A DNA stretch of 64,000 nt from the IMG/VR virus record IMGVR_UViG_2579779107_000005. One strand, written 5' to 3'. The notes beneath the pieces are model-generated. The model saw only the letters and a program-made list of their open reading frames with translations, did no database searches and had not been told where the DNA came from. This stretch comes from a virus (Duplodnaviria; Heunggongvirae; Uroviricota; Caudoviricetes). Position numbers and translations under genes: made by a program. Numbering within the stretch: position 1 is the stretch's first letter; each line of letters begins with the position of its first letter. Positions 27,450-37,214 of the stretch are shown piece after piece.

Positions 27450-27835
27450 CCCAGCACACCATCACCATCGACCGAGACCGAGCCATCGAGCTGATGGAGA
27501 GGGCCGTCGCCGAGAAGGGCGCGGACTACGTCTACGACCTCTCCGACGAGTACGGCACCGGCATCGCATGCTTCTACGTCCGCGGCGGCAAGCCCTCGTG
27601 CATCGTCGGCCACGCTCTGCACTACGCCGGTGTGGACATCGAGACCCTCGTCGAGCTGGACAGCCCTGCCGGCTACTCGTCCACCAGCATCGAGTCGATC
27701 ATCGAGAACGACCGAGTGCCCGGCCTCTCCTTCACGGCCGAAGCGCGCGCCGCCCTCCGCACGGCCCAGTCAGCTCAGGATCTCCGAGAGACCTGGGGCC
27801 ACTCGCTCGACCTGGCGAAGGAGGCGTCGCAGTGA
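27446..27835 (+). CDS. hypothetical protein
   Basis: 129 aa ORF. Confidence 0.45.
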   Translation: MTQHTITIDRDRAIELMERAVAEKGADYVYDLSDEYGTGIACFYVRGGKPSCIVGHALHYAGVDIETLVELDSPAGYSSTSIESIIENDRVPGLSFTAEARAALRTAQSAQDLRETWGHSLDLAKEASQ

Positions 27836-27978
27836 ACCCCGACCCGATCGCCATGGACATCTGGGAGTCCATCCACCGCAAGGAGCGGGAGCGCAAGGAG
27901 CGCCACCGCCGCGAGCTGCACCAGCGCGCCGTCGCCCGACGCCGCATCGAGAAGAAGAACAGGAGGCACCACCGATGA
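27832..27978 (+). CDS. small basic protein
   Basis: 48 aa. GTG start preceded by GAAGGAGG. Arg/Lys/Glu-rich. Confidence 0.35.
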   Translation: MNPDPIAMDIWESIHRKERERKERHRRELHQRAVARRRIEKKNRRHHR

Positions 27979-28484
27979 CCACCACTGCAACCGAGCTGCT
28001 CGACCACATCCGCTCCGCCGCCAACGGCCTGCTGGAGAACGACAACGACGAGACCTGGGGCGGCTTCACCTGTGGCGAGCTGGACCCGCTGCTCGACCTG
28101 CTCCGCTTCGCCGGGATGGAGGGCGAGGCTGCCGCCATCGAGCAGATGCACGCCGCTGGAGACGACGACCCGTGCGACCGGCACCACGGTCTCTACCTGG
28201 CGATCACGCAGCAGGGCTGGGGCTGGTACGGCGTCGGCGACTTCGAGGAGCGCCCCGAGCTGCTCGCCGAGATGCGCAAGATCATCGACGACTGGGACCC
28301 GGACGCCGACCAGACGACCGACCCCGAGCCGTGGCTCTACACCGCGCCGAACTACCCCGAGGGGCACCGCCTCCACGGCCGCCGCGTCCCCACCCCCACC
28401 ACCCACGTCGGCCCGCGCTATCACGCCCCGGAGTGGAAGCCCCGCACCGAGGACGAGCTGCGCGCCGAGGGGGTGCTTGCCTGA
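27975..28484 (+). CDS. hypothetical protein
   Basis: 169 aa. ATG preceded by AGGAGG. Confidence 0.5.
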   Translation: MTTTATELLDHIRSAANGLLENDNDETWGGFTCGELDPLLDLLRFAGMEGEAAAIEQMHAAGDDDPCDRHHGLYLAITQQGWGWYGVGDFEERPELLAEMRKIIDDWDPDADQTTDPEPWLYTAPNYPEGHRLHGRRVPTPTTHVGPRYHAPEWKPRTEDELRAEGVLA

Positions 28485-28849
28485 TGGCTACGACTGACGA
28501 CGCCTACTTCGACCTCCGCCTCCAGGTGCAGGTCACGCTCGACGAGGGCGAGCCCGCCGACCGCGAGAAGCTCTACGAAGCAGTCAAGGAGCTGGTCGTG
28601 GACGCGAACCCGCTCAGCCTGGAGACGTACGACCCCGAGGGCGAGGGCTGCGAGTACAGCATCGACGTCTGGGAACTCGAAGAGCGGAAGGTCCCCGAGG
28701 AGCAGCTCCGTGAGCTGGCCGATCTGGCCGAGGCCCACGCGAACGCTCTCGACGAGAACTGGGAGCACGGCGACCTCGCCGGGGCCGTCCGCGACGCCAT
28801 CGGGGACCTCCGGGTGATCGCCGCCACGCTGCGCGGGGAGGACGCATGA
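28484..28849 (+). CDS. hypothetical acidic protein
   Basis: 121 aa ORF. Confidence 0.45.
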   Translation: MATTDDAYFDLRLQVQVTLDEGEPADREKLYEAVKELVVDANPLSLETYDPEGEGCEYSIDVWELEERKVPEEQLRELADLAEAHANALDENWEHGDLAGAVRDAIGDLRVIAATLRGEDA

Positions 28850-29529
28850 CCGGCTACACCAGCGGCAAGACGACGCACGACCCGTTCCCCTGGGTCGGAG
28901 AGCCGGGCCACGCGAACACCCCCAACCGCTACGGATTCCGCGAGACGGGCGAGGGCGCACCGTTCTGGGATGACGTGCGTTTCGACCCTCGCCCCGAGTA
29001 CGACAACCACAACCCGATCCTCGTCGCCTTCCGCGAGTACGCCGCGCTCGACAACTTCGGCCACGTCAGCCACCTCATCGTTCATCAGGTGCGCGAGCAC
29101 CTCATCGTCGGCGTGGCGCGGGCCGGCTTCTACGAGGGATTCCTCGCCGTCGAGCGCGCTCGCCAGAACAGTAGCGCAGAGCAGCTCGAACACGCCCGCC
29201 GCGTCATCGACCCGCTCTGGCGGTTCACCTACCCGGACGACGGCTACGAGGAGCCCGCCCCCGAGGAGAACTTCTGGGACGACCGCACCACGCCGCTCGC
29301 CTACAGCGAGGGCGACAGCAAGCGGGACACCCTGGCGCGCCGCAAGGACATCGCCGGGCAGCTCCTTCCAGAGCGCTACCGCTTCCACTGGGACACCTGG
29401 AACGACGAGCTTGATCTGGTCTGCATCGAGCACGGCAACGTGCGCCACCTCAACACCGGCGGCGAGGAGGACTCCCTGCGGGCGGTCGTCGAGAGCGCGC
29501 TCGAGCACGAAGTGCAGGCCCACTGGTGA
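28846..29529 (+). CDS. hypothetical protein (paralogue A)
   Basis: 227 aa. N-terminal 60 aa paralogous to the next gene (MTGYTSGKTTHDPFPWVGEPG ... FDPRPEYDNHNPILVAF). Confidence 0.5.
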   Translation: MTGYTSGKTTHDPFPWVGEPGHANTPNRYGFRETGEGAPFWDDVRFDPRPEYDNHNPILVAFREYAALDNFGHVSHLIVHQVREHLIVGVARAGFYEGFLAVERARQNSSAEQLEHARRVIDPLWRFTYPDDGYEEPAPEENFWDDRTTPLAYSEGDSKRDTLARRKDIAGQLLPERYRFHWDTWNDELDLVCIEHGNVRHLNTGGEEDSLRAVVESALEHEVQAHW

Positions 29530-29876
29530 CCGGCTTCACGAGCGGGAAGGGCTCCAAGGACCCCGAGCCGTACGTCGGAATCCCCACCCCCGGCGGCGAG
29601 GGCATCCGGCTCGAACGGCCGCCGGTCACCGAGGGCTGGGAGGTCTTCCTGGACCCTCGCCCCGAGTACGACAACCACAACCCGGTGCTCGTCGAGCTGC
29701 GCTGGGACATCAGCGTGATCGGCGACCCGCGCTGGGCCGTCAAGAACCAGCTCGACGCACTGGCCTGGGGTGAGTGGAACACGCAGGCCACCTGGGAGCA
29801 ACGCCAGCACGCCCGCCGCGTGCTGGAGAAGCTCGAAGCCTTCTACGCCGAGACCAAGGAGCAGACGACATGGTGA
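29526..29876 (+). CDS. hypothetical protein (paralogue B)
   Basis: 116 aa (MTGFTSGKGSKDPEPYVGIPTPG ... LDPRPEYDNHNPVLVEL). Confidence 0.5.
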   Translation: MTGFTSGKGSKDPEPYVGIPTPGGEGIRLERPPVTEGWEVFLDPRPEYDNHNPVLVELRWDISVIGDPRWAVKNQLDALAWGEWNTQATWEQRQHARRVLEKLEAFYAETKEQTTW

Positions 29877-30289
29877 ACGACACCGACACCGACACCGAGC
29901 CCGAGACCCCGCTCGACGAGCTGTGGGCGGACATCGAAGACCTCCGCAACATGATCGGCGACAACGAGCACCCTGACGACTACGTGTCGGAGCGCGAGGA
30001 CCTCGCCGAGCTGGAGAAGGAGTGGGAGCGCCGCACGACTCCCTCCCAGCGCGCCGCCATGGAGGGGGAGGGCGGCATGTTCGTGCCACGCATCGAGGAC
30101 GGCCACGTTCTCTTCCGCGACGAGGACGGCAACGAAATCGCCATCGAAATCAGCGCCGGATGGTCGAGCCTCACGCCCGGCCTGCCCATCGTCCAGATCG
30201 ACACCACGACCGACCTCGGGCCGAACGAGCCGGAGGTTCGCATCTTCCTCAACGACAGCACCATCCACCAGCCCAAGGAGAACGCATGA
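29870..30289 (+). CDS. hypothetical acidic protein
   Basis: About 139 aa. ATG 29870 overlapping the upstream stop. Confidence 0.45.
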   Translation: MVNDTDTDTEPETPLDELWADIEDLRNMIGDNEHPDDYVSEREDLAELEKEWERRTTPSQRAAMEGEGGMFVPRIEDGHVLFRDEDGNEIAIEISAGWSSLTPGLPIVQIDTTTDLGPNEPEVRIFLNDSTIHQPKENA

Positions 30290-30843
30290 GCGACATGTGG
30301 ACCAGCATCAACCTCGACGACTTTGAGGTCCGCCCGATCGCCGAGTGGCCCGCGCAGGACGCCCTCAGCATCTTCGACCGCGGGGCGGCGCAGGAGTTCC
30401 TCGACGACGGGGACGAGCTGCGCGACTACATCGTGCGGGCCATGTCCGACACGCTGGAGGCCGACGTCGTGTTCTTCGAGTTCAACGACAACGGCGACAA
30501 TCTGTACGCGGCCGGCGGCAGCAACTACGAGACCGACAGCGGGAAGACGCTCGCCTGCGAGCTGACCGAGGTCACCACTGGGACTGCCCGCATCCGTGAG
30601 GAGTGGACGGGCATGGACCCGAACACCACCGAAACCGTCTACCGCGACGGCAAGGAGGTCGAGGAGGAGGGGGTCACGAGCGTCGAAGTGCCGAAGAACC
30701 TCCCGGAGCTGGTCGCCGCCGGACGCAAGGCCCTGGCCGACAAGGTGCTCGTGGTCAACGAGACCGGCAAGCCCCACGTCTACCCCGTCAGCGACGCGCT
30801 CCAGGCCCTCGTCGACGCGCTCGACCCGCAGGGAGCCCAGTGA
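30286..30843 (+). CDS. hypothetical protein
   Basis: 185 aa from ATG 30286. Confidence 0.45.
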   Translation: MSDMWTSINLDDFEVRPIAEWPAQDALSIFDRGAAQEFLDDGDELRDYIVRAMSDTLEADVVFFEFNDNGDNLYAAGGSNYETDSGKTLACELTEVTTGTARIREEWTGMDPNTTETVYRDGKEVEEEGVTSVEVPKNLPELVAAGRKALADKVLVVNETGKPHVYPVSDALQALVDALDPQGAQ

Positions 30844-30902
30844 AGCTCACCTGCCACCACATCACTCACCGCACCACCCCGCAGGACTAGGAGGTCTGCA
30901 CC

Positions 30903-31196
30903 ATGACGAACGACAGCCCGACCGTGAAGGCGGTCATCCACCTCGAGCACAACGACCCGCACGACCGCGCGCCGTGGCCCATCGGCATCGACGAGAACAA
31001 GCGCGTCACCAGCGGGCTCGGCCCCGACGACGGCGCGAGCCTGATCGGCTTCGGGCCGGCCGGGTCGTACGACGTCACGGTGTTCGCCGAGGCGGCTCTC
31101 GCCAACCCCGAGTCCGTCGTCGGCCTCGTCGCGACCTTCGGCAACGGCGGCATGTTCTCCTGGAACGTGCCCGTCGCCCGGCTGGAGGTCCGTTGA
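30903..31196 (+). CDS. hypothetical protein
   Basis: 97 aa. GGAGG RBS. Confidence 0.45.
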   Translation: MTNDSPTVKAVIHLEHNDPHDRAPWPIGIDENKRVTSGLGPDDGASLIGFGPAGSYDVTVFAEAALANPESVVGLVATFGNGGMFSWNVPVARLEVR

Positions 31197-31197
31197 C

Positions 31198-31497
31198 ATG
31201 GCCGGGGAGTCGGTCATGCTGATGGGCCGCGCAGACGTGACCCCCGAGTTCATGCCCCAGTGGGGCGTGCGCTTCGAAGACCCGATCGCCGAGCAGCTCC
31301 TGGAGCGCGGAGATGCGACGCCCGTCGCTCCGGTCTGCGTCCACGTCTACCGTCAGACGGACGGCGCCATCGTCGTCCAGATCGACCACGAGCCGCTCGA
31401 CAACGCCGACGCCCGCATCCGCGTCAACGTCAACGACGGCACCATCTTCGACCAGAACATCGAGACGGGTGAGTACTACGGCACCGACCCTGAATAG
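31198..31497 (+). CDS. hypothetical protein
   Basis: 99 aa ORF. Confidence 0.45.
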   Translation: MAGESVMLMGRADVTPEFMPQWGVRFEDPIAEQLLERGDATPVAPVCVHVYRQTDGAIVVQIDHEPLDNADARIRVNVNDGTIFDQNIETGEYYGTDPE

Positions 31498-31837
31498 CCC
31501 GCAGACCGAGCGCATCACCGTCTACTCGTACCGGCCGATCCCCGGCCTCGCCACCATCGGGGGGTTCGAGTTTGCCCGGGAGGGCACGCTTGAAGAGGCC
31601 GGGGTCATCACCCAGTACGGGCTTGACACCGACGTCTGGCATCACGACTGGGTGCAGACGCACGACCGCCGACTCCTCAGCATCGACGCACCCGCCGGCA
31701 TGACCGACGACGCCGTGCGCAGCTACATCCACCACCGCCACCTCGACGACATCGAGGCCGGTGTCCACGACGACACCGACGACTGCATCGGCCACCAGCT
31801 CCACACGGCCGCCATCACGGAAGGACACCGCCCATGA
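31497..31837 (+). CDS. hypothetical protein (start uncertain)
   Basis: Protein-like frame (LNSPQTERITVYSYRPIPGLATIGGFEFAREG...). No ATG or GTG near its 5' end. Overlaps the previous gene in another frame. Confidence 0.3.
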
Positions 31838-32136
31838 GCCTCGACGGCTACTGGAAGAAGTACGACGAGACCCTCGCCCGCGTCAAGGACGAGAAGCCCG
31901 ACACGTTCGACAAGCTCAAGGTCATCCTGGACGACTTCGAGCCGCCGTCGAGCGGCGAGGCGTTCTTCCCGGGCGGCGCCGACGAGAACCTCGGCGAGGC
32001 CCTCGGGGAGTCCGGCTGGGACGTGCGGTGGATCGAGGGCGACTACCTCTGGACCGCGCTGCACCCCGAGACCAAGGAGGAGCTGCACTACGTCGAGGGT
32101 GACCTCTATCGCGGGCGCTGGCTGCCCGTCCGATGA
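31834..32136 (+). CDS. hypothetical protein
   Basis: 100 aa ORF. Confidence 0.45.
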   Translation: MSLDGYWKKYDETLARVKDEKPDTFDKLKVILDDFEPPSSGEAFFPGGADENLGEALGESGWDVRWIEGDYLWTALHPETKEELHYVEGDLYRGRWLPVR

Positions 32137-32384
32137 GCTACGCCACCAAGGCCCACCCCAAGCTGGTCACACTCGACGAGGAGGTGCGTCGCCGCCACCG
32201 CGAGATGGATGGCGACCACTTCCCCGACCGCCCCGCCTACGGCCGCCCCGGCGGCACGAGCGTCGCCAAGTGGGCGTGCGGCAACGAGGAGTGCGACTAC
32301 TGGACCGGGTACGCGACCCGTGCCAAGGCGAACCGCATGATCCTGCAGCACTGCGACGCCAAGAACACCTCACCGCGAATTTAG
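32133..32384 (+). CDS. hypothetical protein
   Basis: 83 aa ORF with Cys residues. Confidence 0.4.
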   Translation: MSYATKAHPKLVTLDEEVRRRHREMDGDHFPDRPAYGRPGGTSVAKWACGNEECDYWTGYATRAKANRMILQHCDAKNTSPRI

Positions 32385-32433
32385 CCAGCAAAATCGTGTA
32401 CGCTGTTCCCATTCCAACACTCAAGGAGACCCC

Positions 32434-33006
32434 GTGAGGAAGCTCACACCCGAAGCCGAGGCCGCCGTCGAGCTGGCCGGCAAGAAGTGGCTCAAGCACA
32501 AGACCGCCCGCGAGACGCTCGAGGCGACGATCGCCAAGCGCGTCAAGACGGAGCTGGAGAGCGAAATGCTGGCTATCCGGCTGGAGTTCGCGACCGCCGC
32601 CCAGGCGGCGCTCGACGCCGGCGCGACCAAGATGGCTCTGCGCCGCGTCAGCAGCAAGAACCCCGGCACGCTCGAGGACTACCTCCTGCTGCTCGCCCCA
32701 GCCGAGACGCCCGAGACCGAAGCCGAAGCACAGGCCGCCGCGGTCGACGTCCAGATCGAGTGGATCGCTGGTGACCTGCTCATCAAGCTCGACCCGCAGC
32801 AGATCGCCGAGACCGACATCGACCGGCTCGATCCCGAGCTGTGGAGCGGCCTCTACGAGACGTTCCACCGAGTCGAAGACGACTCCTGGTTCATCGACCC
32901 GACGCCGATGGTCCCCGCCATCCACGGAGTCACCCAGTGGCTCTTCGCGGACACCGCCAACCACGACCGCGTGGTCGCCTGGGTGAAGGCGAACCCGAAG
33001 CCGTGA
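32434..33006 (+). CDS. hypothetical protein
   Basis: 190 aa. Shares a segment (ALDAGATKMALRRVSSK) with the 33647 gene. Confidence 0.45.
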   Translation: MRKLTPEAEAAVELAGKKWLKHKTARETLEATIAKRVKTELESEMLAIRLEFATAAQAALDAGATKMALRRVSSKNPGTLEDYLLLLAPAETPETEAEAQAAAVDVQIEWIAGDLLIKLDPQQIAETDIDRLDPELWSGLYETFHRVEDDSWFIDPTPMVPAIHGVTQWLFADTANHDRVVAWVKANPKP

Positions 33007-33218
33007 GCATCTTCGAGAGCGAGCACGCCTACAAGAAGCCCGGCCTGACCCTCGCCGAGTCGCTCGGGCTGGACATCCCCGACAACGCACCCGGCGGGCA
33101 GCCCCTCCGATCGCCGAATGGCACGGGGCTCAACCGGCTCTCGGAGCGCGCCCGCCGCGCCTCCGCGATCATGGAGAGCGGCTTCTACGACCTGGACGCC
33201 TACCAGAGGAGCGCGTAG
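33003..33218 (+). CDS. hypothetical protein
   Basis: 71 aa. GTG start. Confidence 0.35.
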   Translation: MSIFESEHAYKKPGLTLAESLGLDIPDNAPGGQPLRSPNGTGLNRLSERARRASAIMESGFYDLDAYQRSA

Positions 33219-33499
33219 TGACGGCCGCTCAAGACCGCTGGAGGCTCAAACCCTGGTACTGCGGAATCTGCTGCGTGAAGAGCACGCAGGGCCACCGCAA
33301 GCGCCACGAGGCTTCCGCCTCCCACCGCCGACTCGCCGCTCTCGACTACGGCGCGCCGGTGCCCCCGGCGGTGAAGCAGTCGGATCAGGACTTCGCCGAC
33401 TTCATCGCCCTCTTCCGCCCGCAGCGGCTCACCGGCTACGAGCTGGAGCTGTACCTGCGAGCCAAGACCCCTGACCACTTCGAGATGGAGGCCGCGTAG
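33218..33499 (+). CDS. hypothetical protein
   Basis: 93 aa ORF. Confidence 0.4.
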   Translation: MTAAQDRWRLKPWYCGICCVKSTQGHRKRHEASASHRRLAALDYGAPVPPAVKQSDQDFADFIALFRPQRLTGYELELYLRAKTPDHFEMEAA

Positions 33500-33622
33500 A
33501 TGGACTTCGATGACATCGACGACAGCGCGTACGACGCCTGGCTGGACGAGCAGGCTGACAAGTACGGACTCGACCCCGAGCCCGAATACGACCGCAGCGC
33601 CGAGATGGCCTGGCGCGAATAG
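33500..33622 (+). CDS. small acidic protein
   Basis: 40 aa (MDFDDIDDSAYDAWLDEQ...). Not in ORF track. Confidence 0.25.
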   Translation: MDFDDIDDSAYDAWLDEQADKYGLDPEPEYDRSAEMAWRE

Positions 33623-33646
33623 CCCGCAAACGAGAGGGGGATCGCC

Positions 33647-33958
33647 GTGACGATGGCGACAGTAGAATCTGTCCTCATGGACAAGGAACAGGCGATCGAC
33701 GAGGCCGGCCGAGTGTGGCGCAACAGCGTGGCGGAGCTGCCGGCCCTCAAGAAGCGCATCCGCGCCGAAGCCGAGGCGCGCATCGCCGAGGAGACCGAGG
33801 CCCGCCGCAAGGAGGCCGCCATCGCCATCCAGTTCGCTCTCGACGCTGGGGCCTCCAAGGCCGCACTGCGCCGGGTCACCACCAAGGACTACCGCGACTT
33901 CGAGGGCTACGTCGAGCTGGCCCAGCAGGTCACCGCTGAGGGGGCCGTCAGTGAGTGA
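33647..33958 (+). CDS. hypothetical protein
   Basis: 103 aa. Coiled-coil-like. Confidence 0.45.
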   Translation: MTMATVESVLMDKEQAIDEAGRVWRNSVAELPALKKRIRAEAEARIAEETEARRKEAAIAIQFALDAGASKAALRRVTTKDYRDFEGYVELAQQVTAEGAVSE

Positions 33959-33968
33959 CCCGAAGGGC

Positions 33969-34079
33969 ATGTCCCAGCAGGAGCTGGACGACTACCTCGA
34001 TGAGCTGGTGAAGCACGGCAAGGAAGACACGCCTGAGTTCGCTCGGGCCTACAACGAATGGGAGAGGCGAGATGCCTGA
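33969..34079 (+). CDS. small hypothetical protein
   Basis: 36 aa (MSQQELDDYLDELVKHGKEDTPEFARAYNEWERRDA). Not in ORF track. Confidence 0.25.
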   Translation: MSQQELDDYLDELVKHGKEDTPEFARAYNEWERRDA

Positions 34080-34317
34080 CCTCCTGGAGCGCGCCGACGA
34101 GGACACGCGCACCATCGACACCGAGGGCGGCGACCACGACCGCTTCGCGCACTACTACCGCAAGACCGACATCGAGCGGGCCTTCTTCGAGGGCGCGACG
34201 ATCCAGGCGGCGTGCGGCAAGTGGGACTGCCCGACACGCGACTTCCAGAAGTACCCGGTCTGCCCGGAGTGCAAGGAGCTGTTCGACGCCGCGCCGGACG
34301 AGAACCCGGAGGCGTAG
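34072..34317 (+). CDS. hypothetical Cys-containing protein
   Basis: 81 aa with CGKWDCP ... CPEC. Confidence 0.4.
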   Translation: MPDLLERADEDTRTIDTEGGDHDRFAHYYRKTDIERAFFEGATIQAACGKWDCPTRDFQKYPVCPECKELFDAAPDENPEA

Positions 34318-35886
34318 GTGGCGAGAGCGAAGAAGCCCACCCCGGTCCCGCGTCGCCTCGAGCCGCGCGAGGACCAGGCGTGGAAGATCGAGCGAGTTCT
34401 CAACGAGCCCACACAGGCCGCCCTCATCGCCGACGACATGGGCAAGGGCAAGACGCTCATGGGCACGGAAATCGTGCTGCGCTCGGACTGGAAGCGCACC
34501 CTCATCGTCGGCATCCGCGACACCGGCAAGCAGTGGGCCGAGTCCTTCTTCAACCAGTCCGGCGGCGCCGTCGAGGTCAAGCTGATGAACTCGAAGACCG
34601 TCGACGGCGAGAAGAACTGGGACGACTTCATGGCCGGGAAGCCGGGCGTGTACTTCGCGGGCATCCAGTGGCTCGTCAGCAAGGACTGGGAGGTCGTCAC
34701 CGAGCTGGACGAACACGACCAGCCGATCAAGGTGCAGGACAAGAAGACGGGGGAGTGGAAGGACAAGACGTTCTCCCAGCACACCGAGTTCATCGGCCGC
34801 CGCCTCAACACGAAGGGCCGCCACATCGACGCGGTGATCTTCGACGAGGTGCACAAGATGCAGAACCGGAAGTCGCAGACCTCACGCACCATCTACTCGA
34901 TCAAGTCCGACTGGCGCATCGGCCTGTCCGGCACGTTCGCCGGCAACAGCTTCACCGGCGCGTGGCGCGTCTGCAAGTGGCTGTGGCCCAAGCTGATCGA
35001 CGGCTCCTTCGTGCGCTGGAAGGGCGTGTGGTGCAAGACCGAGCCGATCACTCGCAAGGATGGCTCGATCATCAAGAGCGACAACCCCTACGCCGACAAC
35101 GAGAAGGTCGTGGGGGAGAAGCAGGAGGGCGCGTTCGTGAAGACGCTGCCCTGCTACATCCGCGACGAGCCGGACCCCGTGCCGGCTCCGCGCATCCTCA
35201 CGGTCCAGCTCACCGAGCGGCAGCGCGAGCAGTACGAATCGCTGCAGGAGACGTCAATGGCGTGGCTGGACGCCCACACGCCGTTCGGGAAGGAGCCGCT
35301 GATCGCGGACCTGCCGATCACTCAGCGGCAGCGCCTCCGCACGGCGACGCTCGGCGAGATGCGCTTCCTCGAGGACGGGCGGATCGGCTTCGATCCGATG
35401 TGCGAGAGCGCCAAGCTCAACGTCACCAAGCACATCGTCGACAACATCTGGGCCAACATGCCCATCGTCATCGGCGCGGTCTCGATCGAGTTCGTGATGA
35501 TGGCCGCCGAGCGCTTCCGCAAGTTCGGGTACGGCGCGGTCGAGTGGCACGGCAAGAAGTCGTCGAACGAGCGCGCGAAGGTCAAGGAGGCGTTCATCGC
35601 CCGCGATCCCGCCGCCCGCTACCTCTTCTGCACGATCCCCTCGATCGGCACTGGAACCGACGGCCTGCAGCGGGCCTGCTCCAAGATGATCTGGCTCGAG
35701 GAGAGCGAGAACAACCTCGAGAATGCGCAGTTCGTGAAGCGCTGCGCCCGGCCCGGGATGACGCTCGACTATGGGCCGTTCGAACACGTCAAGCTCCTCG
35801 CCGACGGCACCATCGACTTCGGCATCATGTACCGCCACGACGCCAACCAGGCGTCGATCAACGCCTCAATGCGCCGGGCTGCTTAG
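34318..35886 (+). CDS. SNF2-family helicase/ATPase
   Basis: Motif I DDMGKGKT (SNF2-type DEMGLGKT) and motif II IFDEVH, with a C-terminal helicase domain. Confidence 0.8.
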   Translation: MARAKKPTPVPRRLEPREDQAWKIERVLNEPTQAALIADDMGKGKTLMGTEIVLRSDWKRTLIVGIRDTGKQWAESFFNQSGGAVEVKLMNSKTVDGEKNWDDFMAGKPGVYFAGIQWLVSKDWEVVTELDEHDQPIKVQDKKTGEWKDKTFSQHTEFIGRRLNTKGRHIDAVIFDEVHKMQNRKSQTSRTIYSIKSDWRIGLSGTFAGNSFTGAWRVCKWLWPKLIDGSFVRWKGVWCKTEPITRKDGSIIKSDNPYADNEKVVGEKQEGAFVKTLPCYIRDEPDPVPAPRILTVQLTERQREQYESLQETSMAWLDAHTPFGKEPLIADLPITQRQRLRTATLGEMRFLEDGRIGFDPMCESAKLNVTKHIVDNIWANMPIVIGAVSIEFVMMAAERFRKFGYGAVEWHGKKSSNERAKVKEAFIARDPAARYLFCTIPSIGTGTDGLQRACSKMIWLEESENNLENAQFVKRCARPGMTLDYGPFEHVKLLADGTIDFGIMYRHDANQASINASMRRAA

Positions 35887-35909
35887 CCCGCTATCTGGAA
35901 GGAGAACCA

Positions 35910-36565
35910 TGAGCAGCGCCACCGCAACGCTCACCCCGGTCGTCGCGCCGTCGACCGCCACTGCGTCCCCGACGCCGATCACCCTGGCCCCTGAGCCGAC
36001 CACGCCGCCGGCGACCCGCCGCGCGGCCAAGAAGAAGCCCGCCCCCGGCCGGACGGCACTCGAGCGAGCCGAGCGCGCCGTGCGCCTCGAGCAGCTCCGA
36101 CGCGAGCAGGTCGACGAGTCCAAGAAGTTCCGCCGCTTCTCGGCCCAGCACATCTTCGTGCTCGTCACGCTCCTCGTGCTCGCCGCGTTCATGGCGGCCG
36201 CGTCGTTCCTCACCAGCTTCACCGGTCTCTACGGTGCCGCCTCGTGGGCGATCGGCGACGAGAACCCTTGGCTCAAGGCCGCCGCGCCGCTGATGTACGA
36301 CGGCGCGATCATCGCCTTCACCGTGAAGCTCTTCATGGACAAGGAGGAGGGTGAGAAGGTGCTCTGGACCTGGGTCTGGATCGCCGTGCTCGCCTCGATC
36401 AGCTCGGTCGTGAACATCTTCCACACGGTCGGCGTCTCGACGGCCACCAACTTCCCTCAGCTCATCGTCGGATGCGTCATCTCGGGCTCCGCGCCGTTCC
36501 TGCTCGCGCTCGTCGTCGACGTCGCCGCCAGCAAGGTGTTTCGGAAGCCCGAGGCGAGAACGTGA
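35910..36565 (+). CDS. integral membrane protein
   Basis: 218 aa. Ala/Pro-rich N-terminus then four hydrophobic helices. GGAGAA RBS. Confidence 0.5.
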
Positions 36566-36795
36566 GCGCCACCGCGCGCCGCGCCCGCCGCCTCGACAAG
36601 CGCCTCCTGCGCAGCATCGACCATCGCCTCGCGACGGCGCGAACCAACAAGCTTCGCCACATCGACATGGGGCACTCGCGGTTGAGCGAGAAGGAGCAGA
36701 CGCGAATCGCCCAGCTCGAGGCCGAGCGTCGAGCCGTGCTGGAGCGACTAAATCCACCGAGAGTGCCGGATTCCACGGCCGACTGGGCGGGGTGA
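36562..36795 (+). CDS. hypothetical basic protein
   Basis: 77 aa. GTG start. Confidence 0.35.
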   Translation: MSATARRARRLDKRLLRSIDHRLATARTNKLRHIDMGHSRLSEKEQTRIAQLEAERRAVLERLNPPRVPDSTADWAG

Positions 36796-36932
36796 AGTCA
36801 TCCGCCTGAGACTGTCCTTCGAGCTGCGCATCGAGCGCAGCCCGACCGCAACACCGGAGGAGGCCCCCGACCCACAGGGGGCCGAGTCTGTGACTGAGCG
36901 GGCACCGAGCCCGCGATACGTCGGTTTCCAGA

Positions 36933-37214
36933 TTGAAGAGGAAGGCTACCCACTTGACCGACGATGAAGCCATCGACCTGATCGAGGGCTACGAGGACTG
37001 GCGGAAGAAGCGCGCCAGCTCCGAGCCTGACCTGTCCGCCCGCGCCTACCTCGAGGAGCGGCAGGCAGGCAGGCGGCTCGAGCGCATCGAGTCGCTCGAG
37101 ACCACCGTACGATCCGCCGCCGGCTACACCTCGAAGATCGTCGAGGGGTACGCCGACGTGGTTCCGCTGCACCTGGTGCAGACGGTCCACGACGTCCTGA
37201 CCCGGGAGCCCTGA
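36933..37214 (+). CDS. hypothetical protein
   Basis: TTG start at 36933 or 36954 (GAGGAAGG RBS upstream). Confidence 0.35.
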   Translation: MKRKATHLTDDEAIDLIEGYEDWRKKRASSEPDLSARAYLEERQAGRRLERIESLETTVRSAAGYTSKIVEGYADVVPLHLVQTVHDVLTREP

